The notes beneath the pieces were generated by a model, which worked only from the letters and a program-made list of their open reading frames with translations, searched no databases and was not told where the DNA came from. A stretch of 64,000 nt of DNA from Yuukianura sp. NJ FZ-2021 (Eukaryota). The stretch covers positions 5,084,001 through 5,148,000 of the forward strand of contig CM102284.1 in NCBI GenBank assembly GCA_046563655.1, given 5' to 3'. Positions within the stretch are counted from its first letter, which is position 1, and the number at the start of each line of letters is the position of its first letter. Positions 14,661-27,200 of the stretch are shown here, piece by piece. A program made the translations under genes and the position numbers.

Positions 14661-16119
14661 GATGAATTCCTTCCGTGACTCCTGCTACGGAAACCCACAA
14701 AGAGACACTGTTCAGATCAGCAAGAAAAATTAATGATCCAATTTTTAATAAATCGGGTCACCCGCTTAAGTACTCATCCTTAAAATCATTGCTTCCTACG
14801 TACTTTCCTCAACTACGAAATGTAGTGAACAGTTTATAGTAGAATATCGTTAATCGGTCAATTAAATAGCGGGTTACCTCTTTTCTTCTGCAATTAATTC
14901 GTTAATTTACACTTTCGACGGTTTTGTTGTCCTGTTTAGTGTTACTCATGGAGGGTGACTAATCGTCGGACAGCTGACGTGGATAAACAATCACAGTGGC
15001 CTTGATTTTTTTTTCATACGGCTTTACACTTTTCCAAAACAAAGTGACCCAGTGACCCAATTCACAGCTTCATTGCATTTTGGTCTTTGCTTTTATACGT
15101 TATAAATCGTTTGTAAATCGTTTAATCGATAAAAAGAGATGAGATAAATGAAAAACTAAATTTCCACCAAACTTATCTGCAAAAAACGACAGCTTTTTGC
15201 GAAAATGAATTCAACTAAAGTAGTACTTGACTAAAAACAGGGTATGCGAAAAAGTGGGATGAGCTGCAAAAAATAGCAAAGTGAGACCTTGAATTTTGCT
15301 TTTAACGTTCCAGAAGACCTCAAACACGAACCGAAAACATTGTCATGCACGAAACGATATGACTAAAAGTAGAAATGTAATTTAAAAGGATGCCAATTCC
15401 ATGTTTGGTTTTGCTTTCGTGAAAAACTTTTTTAAAGTTTTTGTTGGGGATTTTATCTTGATTCAACAAATTTTTAATGGAAACGGCGTTAAACCATTTA
15501 AAAAATCATATTTATGATTTTTATGATTTAGGATGTTATGAAGAAGTGATTTCAAATGATTTATAAATTGCTCAAGCTTTGTAAACTAAACAATAAAAGC
15601 GAGAAGTGGCAAATTTTAGGAAGGTAAGCTACGATACAGTGTAAAAACGAACTCTAATGCTGGGAATGCTTTTTAATGCTGCGATGAAATGTAGTTTACC
15701 TTCATTTCTACAGGTACTTGAATGATTTTTACACTTCCTCGTTAGAAACTAAAAACATTTCCTCTGAACAATGTTGCAAGTTAGGATCTAGTTTTTATAT
15801 TGCAAAAGATTTCGCACAAAGTGTACAATACGCTTTGATCATAAACATCATAGTGGAGTTCTAAATTCGCGAATTCTGCATCTAGAAAGTAAAACCCTTG
15901 CAAAAAATTTAACGAGGGACAAACCAACAAGGAAAACTTGTTATTCTTATTTTTTGCAATGTTTAGTCCTCACTCGAAGGCTTCTTCAACCAACTCATAT
16001 CAACTTAAGGAGGTCAACTACAAAAGTGTTTCAGTGATAGTTTCACAACTACGCTAAAAAGCGGTGTCACTAGTTTAGTTAACTTTTAAACCCAGTTGTT
16101 AGCAAACTAATTGCTTAAA

Positions 16120-18590
16120 ATGTTTGTAGAACTGTTGGTGTTTTTCACTGTTCTTATTCTTACACTTTTCTATTACGTCAATAGGCGACCACCAAATTAT
16201 CCTCCAGGTTAGAAATAACTTGTGACAAATTGCACTTATAATTTCAATAATTTCTAAAGTTGTACTCTTTTTCTGTCTAAATTTGCAGTTCCAAGACTTT
16301 CGTTTCCGGTACTTGGACATCTTCCGTATTTTGAGAAATCCGATAAACATGGACTGTATAAGTTGTTGATAGACTGGGGAAAAGAAGTGAACTCCAAAGT
16401 AATTGGAATCGATTTTGCAAACTTTAGGTGTGTTAATCGGAATCAATTTTAAAAATTCTATGTATTTAAACAGTTCAAGATTTGAAAAAAAAATTAGTTT
16501 GTTGAATTGCAATTTTTTAGAGGTGTGGTCTTAAATGATGCGAAAACGATACGGCAAGCCTTCAACTTGGCTTCTACAACCGGACGACCTCAGAGTCGTG
16601 CCATGTCAGTTCGTGGCGGAGACGATGGGACGAATCGCGGTTAGTGTACAACGTTCAGTCATCTTTTTCAAATGAAATATTAAGAATTTAATTTTTGGGC
16701 TTTAGGAATTATTTTTAATGGTGGAAATCCTTGGGTTGAACAACGCGTAAGATCGAAAATTAAAAAACGCCAAATTCGATTTGCGAAGTTAAAATTATCG
16801 CCAATTTCAGAGATTTTCGATTCGACACATGAAGGAATTCGGATTTGGTCGTAAATCGATGGAAAGCATAATTATGAATGAAGCAGAAGCTCTGATTGAA
16901 GGATTTCATAGAGATGCTGGAAAACCAATTTCAACTTCCACAAGGTTCAATGCCGTAAGCACTTTTTCAAATATTCACATTCAAAAAATTTATAAAAATT
17001 TCTGACGAAAAACTACAAAATTTCGACGAAAAAAGCGAAATTTCGACGAGAAGACGAAAATTTCACGAAAAAACAAATCAATAAAATTCTGACATTTTTA
17101 CTCTTCAGTCATCAAATTTTTAAAGAGTTTGGGATTCTGAAGGGTAATTTGTTTTGTATGTTTTTTTTTTAAAGAAATTTTGTTTTTTCTTTTTTTATTC
17201 TTTTTTCCAAAACCGAAATTATAAAAAGTGGAAAAGTTCGATTTTTTTCTCTATTTTTTTTCTACAACAGGCAGTAATTAATTCAATCTGGCAAATTTGT
17301 GCTGGCGAAAGATTTTCCCACGATGATCCAGAGTTGGCGAAACTAATTGCTGCTATCATTCAGTAAATCAGATTTAAAAATCAAACTTAATAGAATGAGT
17401 TACAGTCAGTTTGTCAGTTTGTTTTTCTAAAAAAAAAACAATTTAAAAATTTTCTAGGAATCTTCAAGGGGCCAAGATAGTTGGCGTGCTGATTTTTATG
17501 CAGTGGTTTGTGAAGTTGTGTCCAGGCCTAAGCGGATGGAAGACTTACGAAGAAAACTTTAAGATCATGGATGACTACTTTAAAGATTTCGTCAACAAAC
17601 GATTAGAAAAACACAAAATTGGGACGCGCAATGATTTTCTGGACATCTATTTGGATGAATTGAAAACATGTACTGACCCCACCTCTAGCTTTTACAAGGA
17701 AGAAGGAAGTAAGGACAATCTCATTTTCAACGATTATCCAAAAATCTTTAATCAATTTTCAAAAATTTCGAATTTTAGTGAGAAATTTACTGAACTCTGT
17801 TGAAGACATTTTCGTTGCTGGAGGTGAAACGACAAGGTTTGATTTCCTTTTCTAAAATAGTATACACAGATTTCGGTGAAATTTTAAATTTGAAATTTTC
17901 AGTCACAATTTTACTGAAATTTTTGAAAACTAAATTTTTAGTACTACAATGTCCTGGATTTTGTTGTACTTGGCCACATATCCGTCGGTACAAGATGAAC
18001 TGCATGACGAAATTGACCGAGTAATTGGACGAGATCGGTTGCCGACGTTAGCCGACAAAGATTTGTAAGTTGACCTTTGACCTAACAGCAAAAGTTAAAT
18101 TTAACAACAACATTGATCTTGATGTGACCTTTACTTTTACAGAATGCCATACATGGAAGCAGTGATTCAAGAGACAATTCGTTTGAGCAGTGTCGTTGTT
18201 CTTGGAGTTTTTCATCGTTCAGTTGAAGAGTTTACGTTAGAAGGCTACACAATTCCAACTGATACCATAATCGTGTCAAATATCTACGGAGCCAATCATG
18301 ACCCGGATGTTTGGGGTCAAGATGTCAACGAATTCAAACCTGAGCGGTTTTTGTCTCCAGACAAAACAAAAGTCATCAAAAACGACAACATGATTGCATT
18401 TTCAACCGGAAAAAGAGTTTGTCCCGGTGAAATTCTCGCACGAAACGAAGTTTTTCTGTTCACCGCTTCAATTTTACAAAAATTCCAAATTCAACTCGAA
18501 CCTGGGTCAAAACCATCTTTGACCCCGAATTTTGGTGGTACCGTTGCAGGTCCATATCCACACAACCTCATTTTTGCAGAAAGAACTTAA
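16120..18590 (+). CDS. Cytochrome P450, CYP2 clan, intact, 10 exons
   Basis: N-terminal TM anchor MFVELLVFFTVLILTLFYYV; Pro hinge RRPPNYPP..P..LGHL; WVEQRRF..EFGFGRKSME; I-helix AGGETTS; ETIR; PERF; heme motif FSTGKRVCPG. All splice junctions checked are GT-AG and in frame. Confidence 0.93.
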
Positions 18591-18914
18591 ATGTTCTTTC
18601 TGCAAGGTAGAGGTTGAAATGGTCAAAACAGTTTCATCAAAAAGTGAAAACGCCAAAAATTGAAAACGTCATTACAAATAGTACATTAGGTATTGTTGAC
18701 TATGGTATCTTATGTTTCAGTTTTTGACCTTTTCACTTTTCGACCAAATTGTTTTTGACCATATTACATGAAAGTGTTAGTTTTAACAGCTAAATATGCT
18801 AAATTGAATCTATGTAATAAGCTTTGATCATACACATCAGACTGGAGTTTTTAATTCGCGAATTCTGCATCTAGAAAGTAGAACCCGTGTAAAAAATTTA
18901 ACGAAGGACAAACC

Positions 18915-20575
18915 GATTTCTTATTCTTACACTTTTCTATTACAATTGCAAATTATTTAGAAGTGTGGTCTTGAATGATGCGAAAACGATACGACAAGCC
19001 TTCAACTTGGCTGCTACAACAGGACGAGCTCAGAGTCGTGCCAGTTTTCAGCGATTTACGATTCGACACATGAAGGAATTCGGATTTGTTTATCAGTCAT
19101 CAAATTTTATTAAACGAGTTTGGCATTCTGACGGGCGATTTGTTTTGTATTTCTTTTAAAAAGAATGTTTTTTTCATTCTTTTTTTCCAAATACGAAATT
19201 GTAAAAAGTGGAAAAGTTCGATTTTATGATCTTTTTTCTATAACAGGCAGTAATTAATTCAATCTGGCAAATTTGTGCTGGCGAAAGATTTTCCCACGAT
19301 GATCCAGAGTTGGCAAAACTCATTGCAGCTGTCATTCAGTAAATCACATTTAAAAACTACAATTGACCCGAATCACCGAATGACAGTCGATGTTTGTTTT
19401 TGTGAAAACAAATACTTGAACAATTTTCCAGGAATCTTCAAGGAGCCAAGATCGTTGGCGTGCTGATTTTTATGCAGTGGTTTGTGAAGTTGTGTCCAGG
19501 CCTAAGCGGATGGAAGGCTTACGAAGAAAACTTTAAGATCATGGATGACTATTTCAAGGATTTTGTCAACAAACGATTAGAAAAACACAAAATTGGGACG
19601 CGCAATGATTTTCTGGACATCTATTTGGATGAATTGAAAACATGTACTGACCCCACCTCCAGCTTTTACAAGGAAGAAGGAAGTAAGGACAATCTCATTC
19701 TCAACGATTATTCAAAAATCTTTAATCAATTTTCAAAAATTTCGAATTTTAGTGAAAAATTTACTGAACTCTGTTGAAGACATTTTTGCTGCTGGTGGTG
19801 AAACGACAAGGTTTGAGCGAGCTTGTATTTCTAGAATTCTCAGATTTCGATCAAATTTTTAATCACAATTTTACTGAAATTGTTAAAAACTAAATTTTTA
19901 GTACTACAATGTCCTGGATTTTGTTGTACTTGGCCACATATCCGTCGGTACAAGATGAATTGCATGACGAAATTGACCGAGTAATTGGACGAGATCGGTT
20001 GCCGACGTTAGACGACAAAGATTTGTAAGTTGACCTTTGATCTAACACACAATAGTAAAACTTCGCAACAACATTGACCTTGATGTGACCTTTACTTTTA
20101 CAGAATGCCGTACATGGAAGCAGTCATTCAAGAGACAATTCGTTCGAGCAGTGTCGTTGTTCTTGGAGTTTTTCATCGTTCGATTGAAGAGTTTACGTTA
20201 GAAGGCTACACAATTCCAAGTGATACCATAATCGTGTCCAATATTTACGGAGCCAATCATGACCCGGATGTTTGGGGTCAAGATGTCAACGAATTCAAAC
20301 CTGACCGGTTTTTGTCTCCAGACAAAACAAAAGTCATCAAAAACGACAACATGATTGCATTTTCAACCGGAAAACGAGTTTGTCCCGGTGAAATTCTCGC
20401 AAGAAACGAAGTTTTTCTGTTTACCGCTTCGATTTTACAAAAATTCCAAATTCAACTTGAACCAGGGTCAAAACCATCTTTGACCCCGAATTTTGGTGGT
20501 AGCATTGCTGGTCCATATCCACACAACCTCATTTTTGTAGAAAGAACTTACCGTAAATGTCCTCGTAGCAGGTGA
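18915..20575 (+). pseudogene. 5'-deleted tandem copy of the P450
   Basis: Near-identical exons 6-10, but four deletions remove the ATG, most of exon 1, exon 2, exon 4 and parts of exons 3 and 5. PERF has become PDRF, and the original stop is lost (tail YRKCPRSR). Confidence 0.85.
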
Positions 20576-21212
20576 AATGGTCAAAACAATTTGATCAAAA
20601 AGTGAAAACGTCAAAAATTGAAAACGTCATTACAAATAGTACATTAGGTGACTAGAGTATCTTATGTTTCACGTTCTCAATTTTTGGCCTTTTCGCTTTT
20701 CGACCAAATTGTTTTTGACCATATTACATGAAAGTGTTAGTTTTAACAGCTAAATATGCTAAATTGAATCAACGTAACTAAAATAAATCAACACAAACAC
20801 GTTGGTTTCGTAAAGACGAAGTTTTAGAGTTAATTTTTATTAGTCTGAAATTTAAAGTCGTCCCAGTAGTACACGTTGACCTTTTGACCCTACGCTAATC
20901 ACGCAGACTCCCAAATTAATCAAAACTTTGGACAAAGTTCTTAGATGTTTTAGTTGTGATTTTTGAATGAATTGTGATTTAAAATGTTGGTTTTAAGTGT
21001 AACTATTACACACAAGCATAATTAATTAAAGACAGAAAAGAAATGCTAATCCATTTTAACAATTAATTAAATTATATTTACAATACTAAGTATATTCTAA
21101 AAGATATATATTCTTTTTTTATTTCATATTTTTTTAAATACTGAAATTAGAGCAATATAGTTTTTAAGTGCATAAGACTCATATATAAATATTTCATAGA
21201 TGAAATTACAGT

Positions 21213-24200
21213 TCACATTATGGAGCAGAGTCCAGACTCCTCCTTCCCAGTTCGTTTGACAGGGTTGTTCACAAGCTTCTTTCCAGCCGCAGCGAGTTTG
21301 GGCTTGAGACGTCGAATTTCGTCACTTTTGAACAAAGAGTCCAGATCAGGGGGAGGGGGACTTTGGGGGGACTTGTCAGGGGTGGGGCTAAGGGTACTGG
21401 GCTTAAGGGTCTCTGGTGTACTTGAAGTCGTTTCGTCCGTTGTCGCAGCACTTTTGTGTGTTGGAGACTGCGATGCCGTTTCGAGTCCAAAAATGTTGAT
21501 TTTGATCTTGGCTGGAGCTGATTTGACGGCTTCAGTCGCTAAGAAACAAAAATCAGACATTAGAAACCAAAAACGTCTCAAAATAAAAAATTGTGTTCAA
21601 AAATTTTAGTCACCCCTAAAGTGGAGATTTCCATCAATTTCGGCAACGACTGGGCGTTGTGCTGCTGCTGCCGCATCATCGTCATCCGTAAGGTCAATGT
21701 CATGAACCGTGACCTGTGGGACCATGGACGCATCAACTGAAGATGAGGCTAACCCTGAGTCCTCATCATCTAGCGTTATGTCCATTGGCTCCGCCCCTGG
21801 ACTCATATGAGGAAACACATTGGACATAATGATTTGATCCTCACTGATATCCTTCCATTCAACTGGTTCCTCTTTTATTTTTGGAAAATCAAATTTCATC
21901 GCCTCATAAACTATGCGATTTGACTCCTCCGCTCCAGCCGGAGTCGTCAGAGCACCATGACTAGAATTGGAATTTAACGCAAATCCAAAGATGCTCCCCT
22001 CTACGCCATCCAGGCCAGCGATCCCTGGAATATTGGAATTCTCATCCTCCACAACATCAATCACAACCGGAGACAGGACAACGTAACTGGCATTGCTCGT
22101 TGGTTTTGGAGCAGCACCCACCGCACTGTCCTCAACCCCAACACCAGCACTTAAATCCACAGTCTCCGTTGCTTTTGCGTCAGTCTCGGTGTCGTCCTTC
22201 ACTTTGGCGTCATCGTCTTCAGCAATGTCAACTTCCGCCAGGACAACTTCCTTTGGTCCTTCGCGCAAGATCAGAACTTCGTCATCGTCCTCTGTCGTCG
22301 AAGGTTGTGCGACAACAGCTCCGGCGTCCTTTGGCTCTTCCTCGTCAACCAAGGAATTCAAGTAATCCTACACATTTTTGAAAATTAGAAACCGTACTTT
22401 AAAAAATCTCGCTAACATTGTCGTACCTGGTGGCAAATTGGATGAAAAACTCTGGTCTCATTGGTGCCAATTGCAGGTACATCAGATTGAGCCTCTTGCA
22501 AAGCGTCACGCAGTCTCCATTCTTCCTTCTCTTCATCGTAAAACGTTTCAAAGCCTTCACCACATTGTGGACACGTCCTACCCTCAAAACCTGTTGCCAG
22601 TACAGTGTATGAGTCGGGATCCAGCAGGCGTGCACCTCCTGCTTTGTCATCGTCAACGTCTGTTTCTTGTTGTTCAAATAAGCCTGTGGCTAAATTGGTA
22701 AAAAAAAAATGCCCAATTATTATTGGCAAGCTCATTTTACAAAAAAAATTCAACACTTTTCCACTGAATGCTGAGAAAAACAAACCTCTATCCTCCAAAT
22801 CCTCAACTTCTTCAAATTGAATCCAGTCAGAAAGATCGTAGTACCATTTCCTGCTAAGAGCTTTTCGAGCATTGGCCTTCTCTCTCCTGTTCTGCCGAAA
22901 GTGCCAGTCGAGATGCTGAGTGTACCTGAAATTTTAGTAAAATGTTAAGTCAAAGCAATTCTCAAGCTAAAGCAATATTTGTAAAACACGTTTTTGACAT
23001 GTTACTTGAAGTTTTGGTCAGCTGGGAATCGAAGACCACAGGAACCACATTGAACTCCAACATACAAGGAGTCAACGACCGCTGGCCTTCTCTTCTTCAG
23101 ATTGTCGCTAAAGCTAACATTGACAACCTCCACTGCAGGAGGAATTGGTGGTGGGATCGGTTCAACTTTGACGTCCATGGGCACTTCAACTGGTTCCGGT
23201 TTCTTCTCTGCCGATACTGTTGGCTCTCCAACAGTTTCGACAACGGTTTCCTTCGGTTTCTGTTCAACCTTAACACTACTCTCTTCCTCTTTGGACTTTG
23301 TGGCTGTAGGAAGAAGGCCTGCGAGCAAAAGTTTATTCAATAAATCTTGGACATTTAGTGGACCTGATGATGAAGCGTCTTCTTCTGAGGTAGTCTTGAC
23401 AACATTTTCTTTAGAGCCAGTAGTCGGTTCAGATTCAACTTCATAGGAATTGTCCAGGACTCCAGAATCTTTGGCATTGCTGGATGGCACCAACAGGTTG
23501 GCAACCATATCCAGAGGATTTGTTGAATTCGGTAGCTCTTGGACGGGATGCGGTGGAAACATTGGGAGTGAATTCGGATTAAATCCTGGCAGGAACCCTT
23601 CTCGTGGTCGTACGGCTGTAAAACAGAATACGAAAGTGTTAATTTTCCATTTTAATCAAAAAATCAATACAAATAGTAAGACCAAAAAGATCAAATCAGA
23701 GCTTACCACCAGGGCCTTGAACAAGATTTCGTGAACGAATGTAGGTCATTATGTTTTGTTCCGCGATGGGAGAAATTGCATTGAATCTAATGTACAGTCG
23801 TCTTCCATTCGGAAGTATCACTGGTCTTGGCGGCCCGCCAAACATCGTCGGAAGTTGACATCCATTCAAGTTGATTGATCGGAAATCTTCACTGAATTTA
23901 GCAATCACAGGAAAACCAGCGAAATCTAAACAAAAATACAAGCTGAATGACAATCCTGCGTAAACAGAACTCGCAAATATTTTTTTAAATTATTATAACA
24001 CTTACCCAGTATTTGTGGTTTTTCGTCCAAGTACACACTGTAAGGATTCCCATCAACGAAAATCGTGCAGCGTCCAGCAACCAAGTCATATCGCAAATTC
24101 ATGCCAATTTTTACACCCGGAGGTGGGCCAGCCAGTCGAAACCTCACCCAATTGTTGTCCACACGAATCTAAAGTCATAAAAAATCGTATAAAATAGCAC

Positions 24201-27200
24201 ATTCAGGCCAAAAATCTTAACAAATTACGATTAATACTTGCGAAAACTTACCCGAGCATCGATTCCTCCAAAATAAACTTCATACCCAAGTCCATCAATG
24301 TACAGTTCTCTGGTGGGAGCCCCGATACGAATATTGTGACTCTGCTTGTTGTAGTAGAACTTCCGGGTCACGCCCCACCGAATTTTCAGAGGCTCTCCAT
24401 TGATGAACAGTGTTCTTAGACCTTCTTCAGGGATAAAAGATATTTCCTTTGGCTCGTCACTGAACTTTCCAGTGAACACGATAGCAGTATTCCCATAGAA
24501 TCGGACTTGTCTTGGAATCTAAGAAAGAGAATTACTTAGAAAACTCCCTTAATTTTAATGATTAACTAATTAATTAACTAACCTTATCCAAAGGTGTTGT
24601 TCCATCGATGTCCAATTCCAAGTGACTCAGTTCACGTGGATTTGCCGGTGGAATTAGGATTTCAGGTACTGGTGGTGGATTGATAGCTTCAATGAACGGA
24701 TTCGGTCCGCGTGGAACTGGCACTCCAATTGGTCCTGCTCTGGCCCAAATTGGTGGCTCTTGTGGTCTCACTAGGACATTCACAATTGGTGGCGTCGGTC
24801 TGGGGAAAGCCGGAGGAGGCACAGAAACAGGCGGAGCTCCAGCTTTCCAAACTGGATTTGATTCTAAAAATCAAACAATTCCAAAACATCGATTCAAAAT
24901 TAGCTTCCTTACAAAATTCAAAATTGAACATGTTTCGTTTCATACCTGGATTCCAAGGACTTGGCATCAGACCAGGACCGGATGAACGCTTGTCCATTTC
25001 TTGTACCTCTCTGATTTTAATTCCTTCATTCAGCTAAAACACAAAGAAAACACAAGGAAATTAATTAAAATAGAAATTCTAATCTTTTGTACGCAATCTT
25101 TGGAATTTTAAACAAAATGGAATCCAAATCTTAAGAAAAATGTAAACGTTTTTTCTAAATCTATGTTTTCAAAATGGTGCATGAGAAAATACTTGAAAAC
25201 GAGATGCGTACCTGAACGAGTTGTTTGCTAATAACATTGAATTGTCCAGCATTCAGCGTCCCTTGATCCAGTTCTTCTTTGCTCCGTGACAAAGCAACTT
25301 CCAGATCACTTGCGTCCAGCATTCCCTTGGCTCTTAGCGGCGTTTCAATATACCGCAATCTAAAGATTTCCACTGGATCCACCGAATTCGATCTCGTTCC
25401 CAAGCTTCTTCTTCTCTCTTCCGGATCATCTAAAAACACCAAAGAAATTGTTAGAGTCACAAAATTCCAGCGCCATTTTGAATTCTTTGTTCAGTTGTTA
25501 CCAGGAAGTCGTGCAAACGCCAATGGTCGTCCAAGGGCATCACAAGTACTTGCAGCCGACGATCCCACTGAACTGGCCGGTGACACGGCTGGTAGTGGCC
25601 GTTGCTTCCCCTCCGACTGATCATCAGTCGGCGTCGTAATGGAGTTTGTAGAACTGACGACATCCACCGACACTCTCCTACTGCCTCCATCTTCGTTTGG
25701 TTTCTTCACTTGCGACCAACAGCTACTTGAAGAAGGTCGCAAATCAACGTCCTCTCGACCAAACAAACTTAAAAAAATACATGCAATGAGTTAGAATCCA
25801 ATTTGAAAAAGTATAATATAAATTTTACCGTAACTAAACTAAAATTACTTATAATTGTTTTGTTACCGACAATTAATCTTAGGAATTACAACACCTTTAT
25901 TATACAATATCTCCACTAAAATCACACCGAAAGAACCATCTCCTAAGTGAGAGTGACCTTTGACCTTTACAGTACGTCAGACATCATATTGTCCAAATCT
26001 GAACAGAATGACCCCAAGGCAAGGTAACGCATATCTGTAAACCGGAAGTACGTAATTTCAGGGCCCCCAACTTCGAATCCCTTGAAAATCGGCCCTCGAA
26101 ATACTCAAATTTTGGGTGTGGGTGCTCCTTTAAAAGATGCCAAAAAATATTTTCGAAATCTGCAAAAATCTGATAATGTTTTGTTAAAATCTGATAGATG
26201 TTGGACCTACGAAGGAAATTAAATACTTTAAAAATATAACGCATAAATTTTAATGTTGCTGGTTTTGTACTCAGTAGTTTCAGTCTTGACGAGATCAGTT
26301 TGGCTAGAAAAGAAAAGGCGTCGTCGGGGGTACTCGCCATTGGTGAGATCAGTTTCGGTATCATCATGGACGTACGTTTGTGGTGATACAAAAGTACAAC
26401 TGGGTTGTTACAACACATCAAGTGAGACATTGTATAATAATAGTAACACAACAGTCTTAGTAACAGTAACCTATAACAGTAGAAACGCGAATTGTTGGTA
26501 TACTTATCGATAAGCGACGAGTTTCTTGACTTTTTCGCTGACGGGGGATCGGATTTGTCCGAATCCGACAAACCGCTCTGTCCTGACGACTTCCTTAAAT
26601 CAACATCCTTATCAATTTTCCCGCCGTCCACGCGTTGGTCAATGTCCGACGTCTTCTTGGCTTCTTCCTCGTCTTCAACTTCCGGAATTCCAGAACGTTT
26701 TCTGTAATTCCTGGATAGAACAGCGCTGGTTCGACTTTTGAACTGTTCTCGTTCACTTTGACGTTTTTCTTTGTCTCGTTCAGCCTTTCGATTTTCATTT
26801 CGATTTTTCCCTCTCTTTTCAGGAGTTGACTTCAACTTTTGATCTTGTTTGCTCGCTCGACTTTTCTTGGAGTCTTTGTCCTTCTCTTTTGATTGTTTCA
26901 AAGTTTTCTCTGCCCGCTTTTCATCCCGCCTCACGCCGTTGTTACTGTAGGAAATACTGTCGAATCGCAGGTCAACATCAGTGAACTTTGACTCCTTGGA
27001 TTTTCTCTCCTTGTTGTCATTTGATAACCGCTTCTTTGTAGGTGGTGGACTCAATTTCTCAGATGACGACGACCGGTTAAACTTCTTTTCCCTCTCTCTG
27101 TCCATGTCACTTTCTCTTTTCCTCTTGTCCACCTTGTTCTTAAATCGTTCTGACGAGGATGATGGCGACCTTGAATCTTGACTTCGACTGCTACTTATGC

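Larger units (their letters stand above)
15832..20775 (+). repeat. Tandem duplication of the P450 locus (unit 1 ~15832-18820, unit 2 ~18821-20775)
   Basis: GCTTTGATCATA..CATCA..TGGAGTT..AATTCGCGAATTCTGCATCTAGAAAGTA starts both units. Both end in CATGAAAGTGTTAGTTTTAACAGCTAAATATGCTAAATTGAATC. Introns and 3' UTR align. Confidence 0.92.

Noticed and set aside
16099-16512. 137-aa minus-strand ORF
   Set aside because: Antisense shadow of P450 exons 1-2.
17470-17490. Apparent TAG (GCCAAGATAG) in the first P450 copy
   Set aside because: It is out of frame; the spliced frame reads NLQGAKIVGVLIF.
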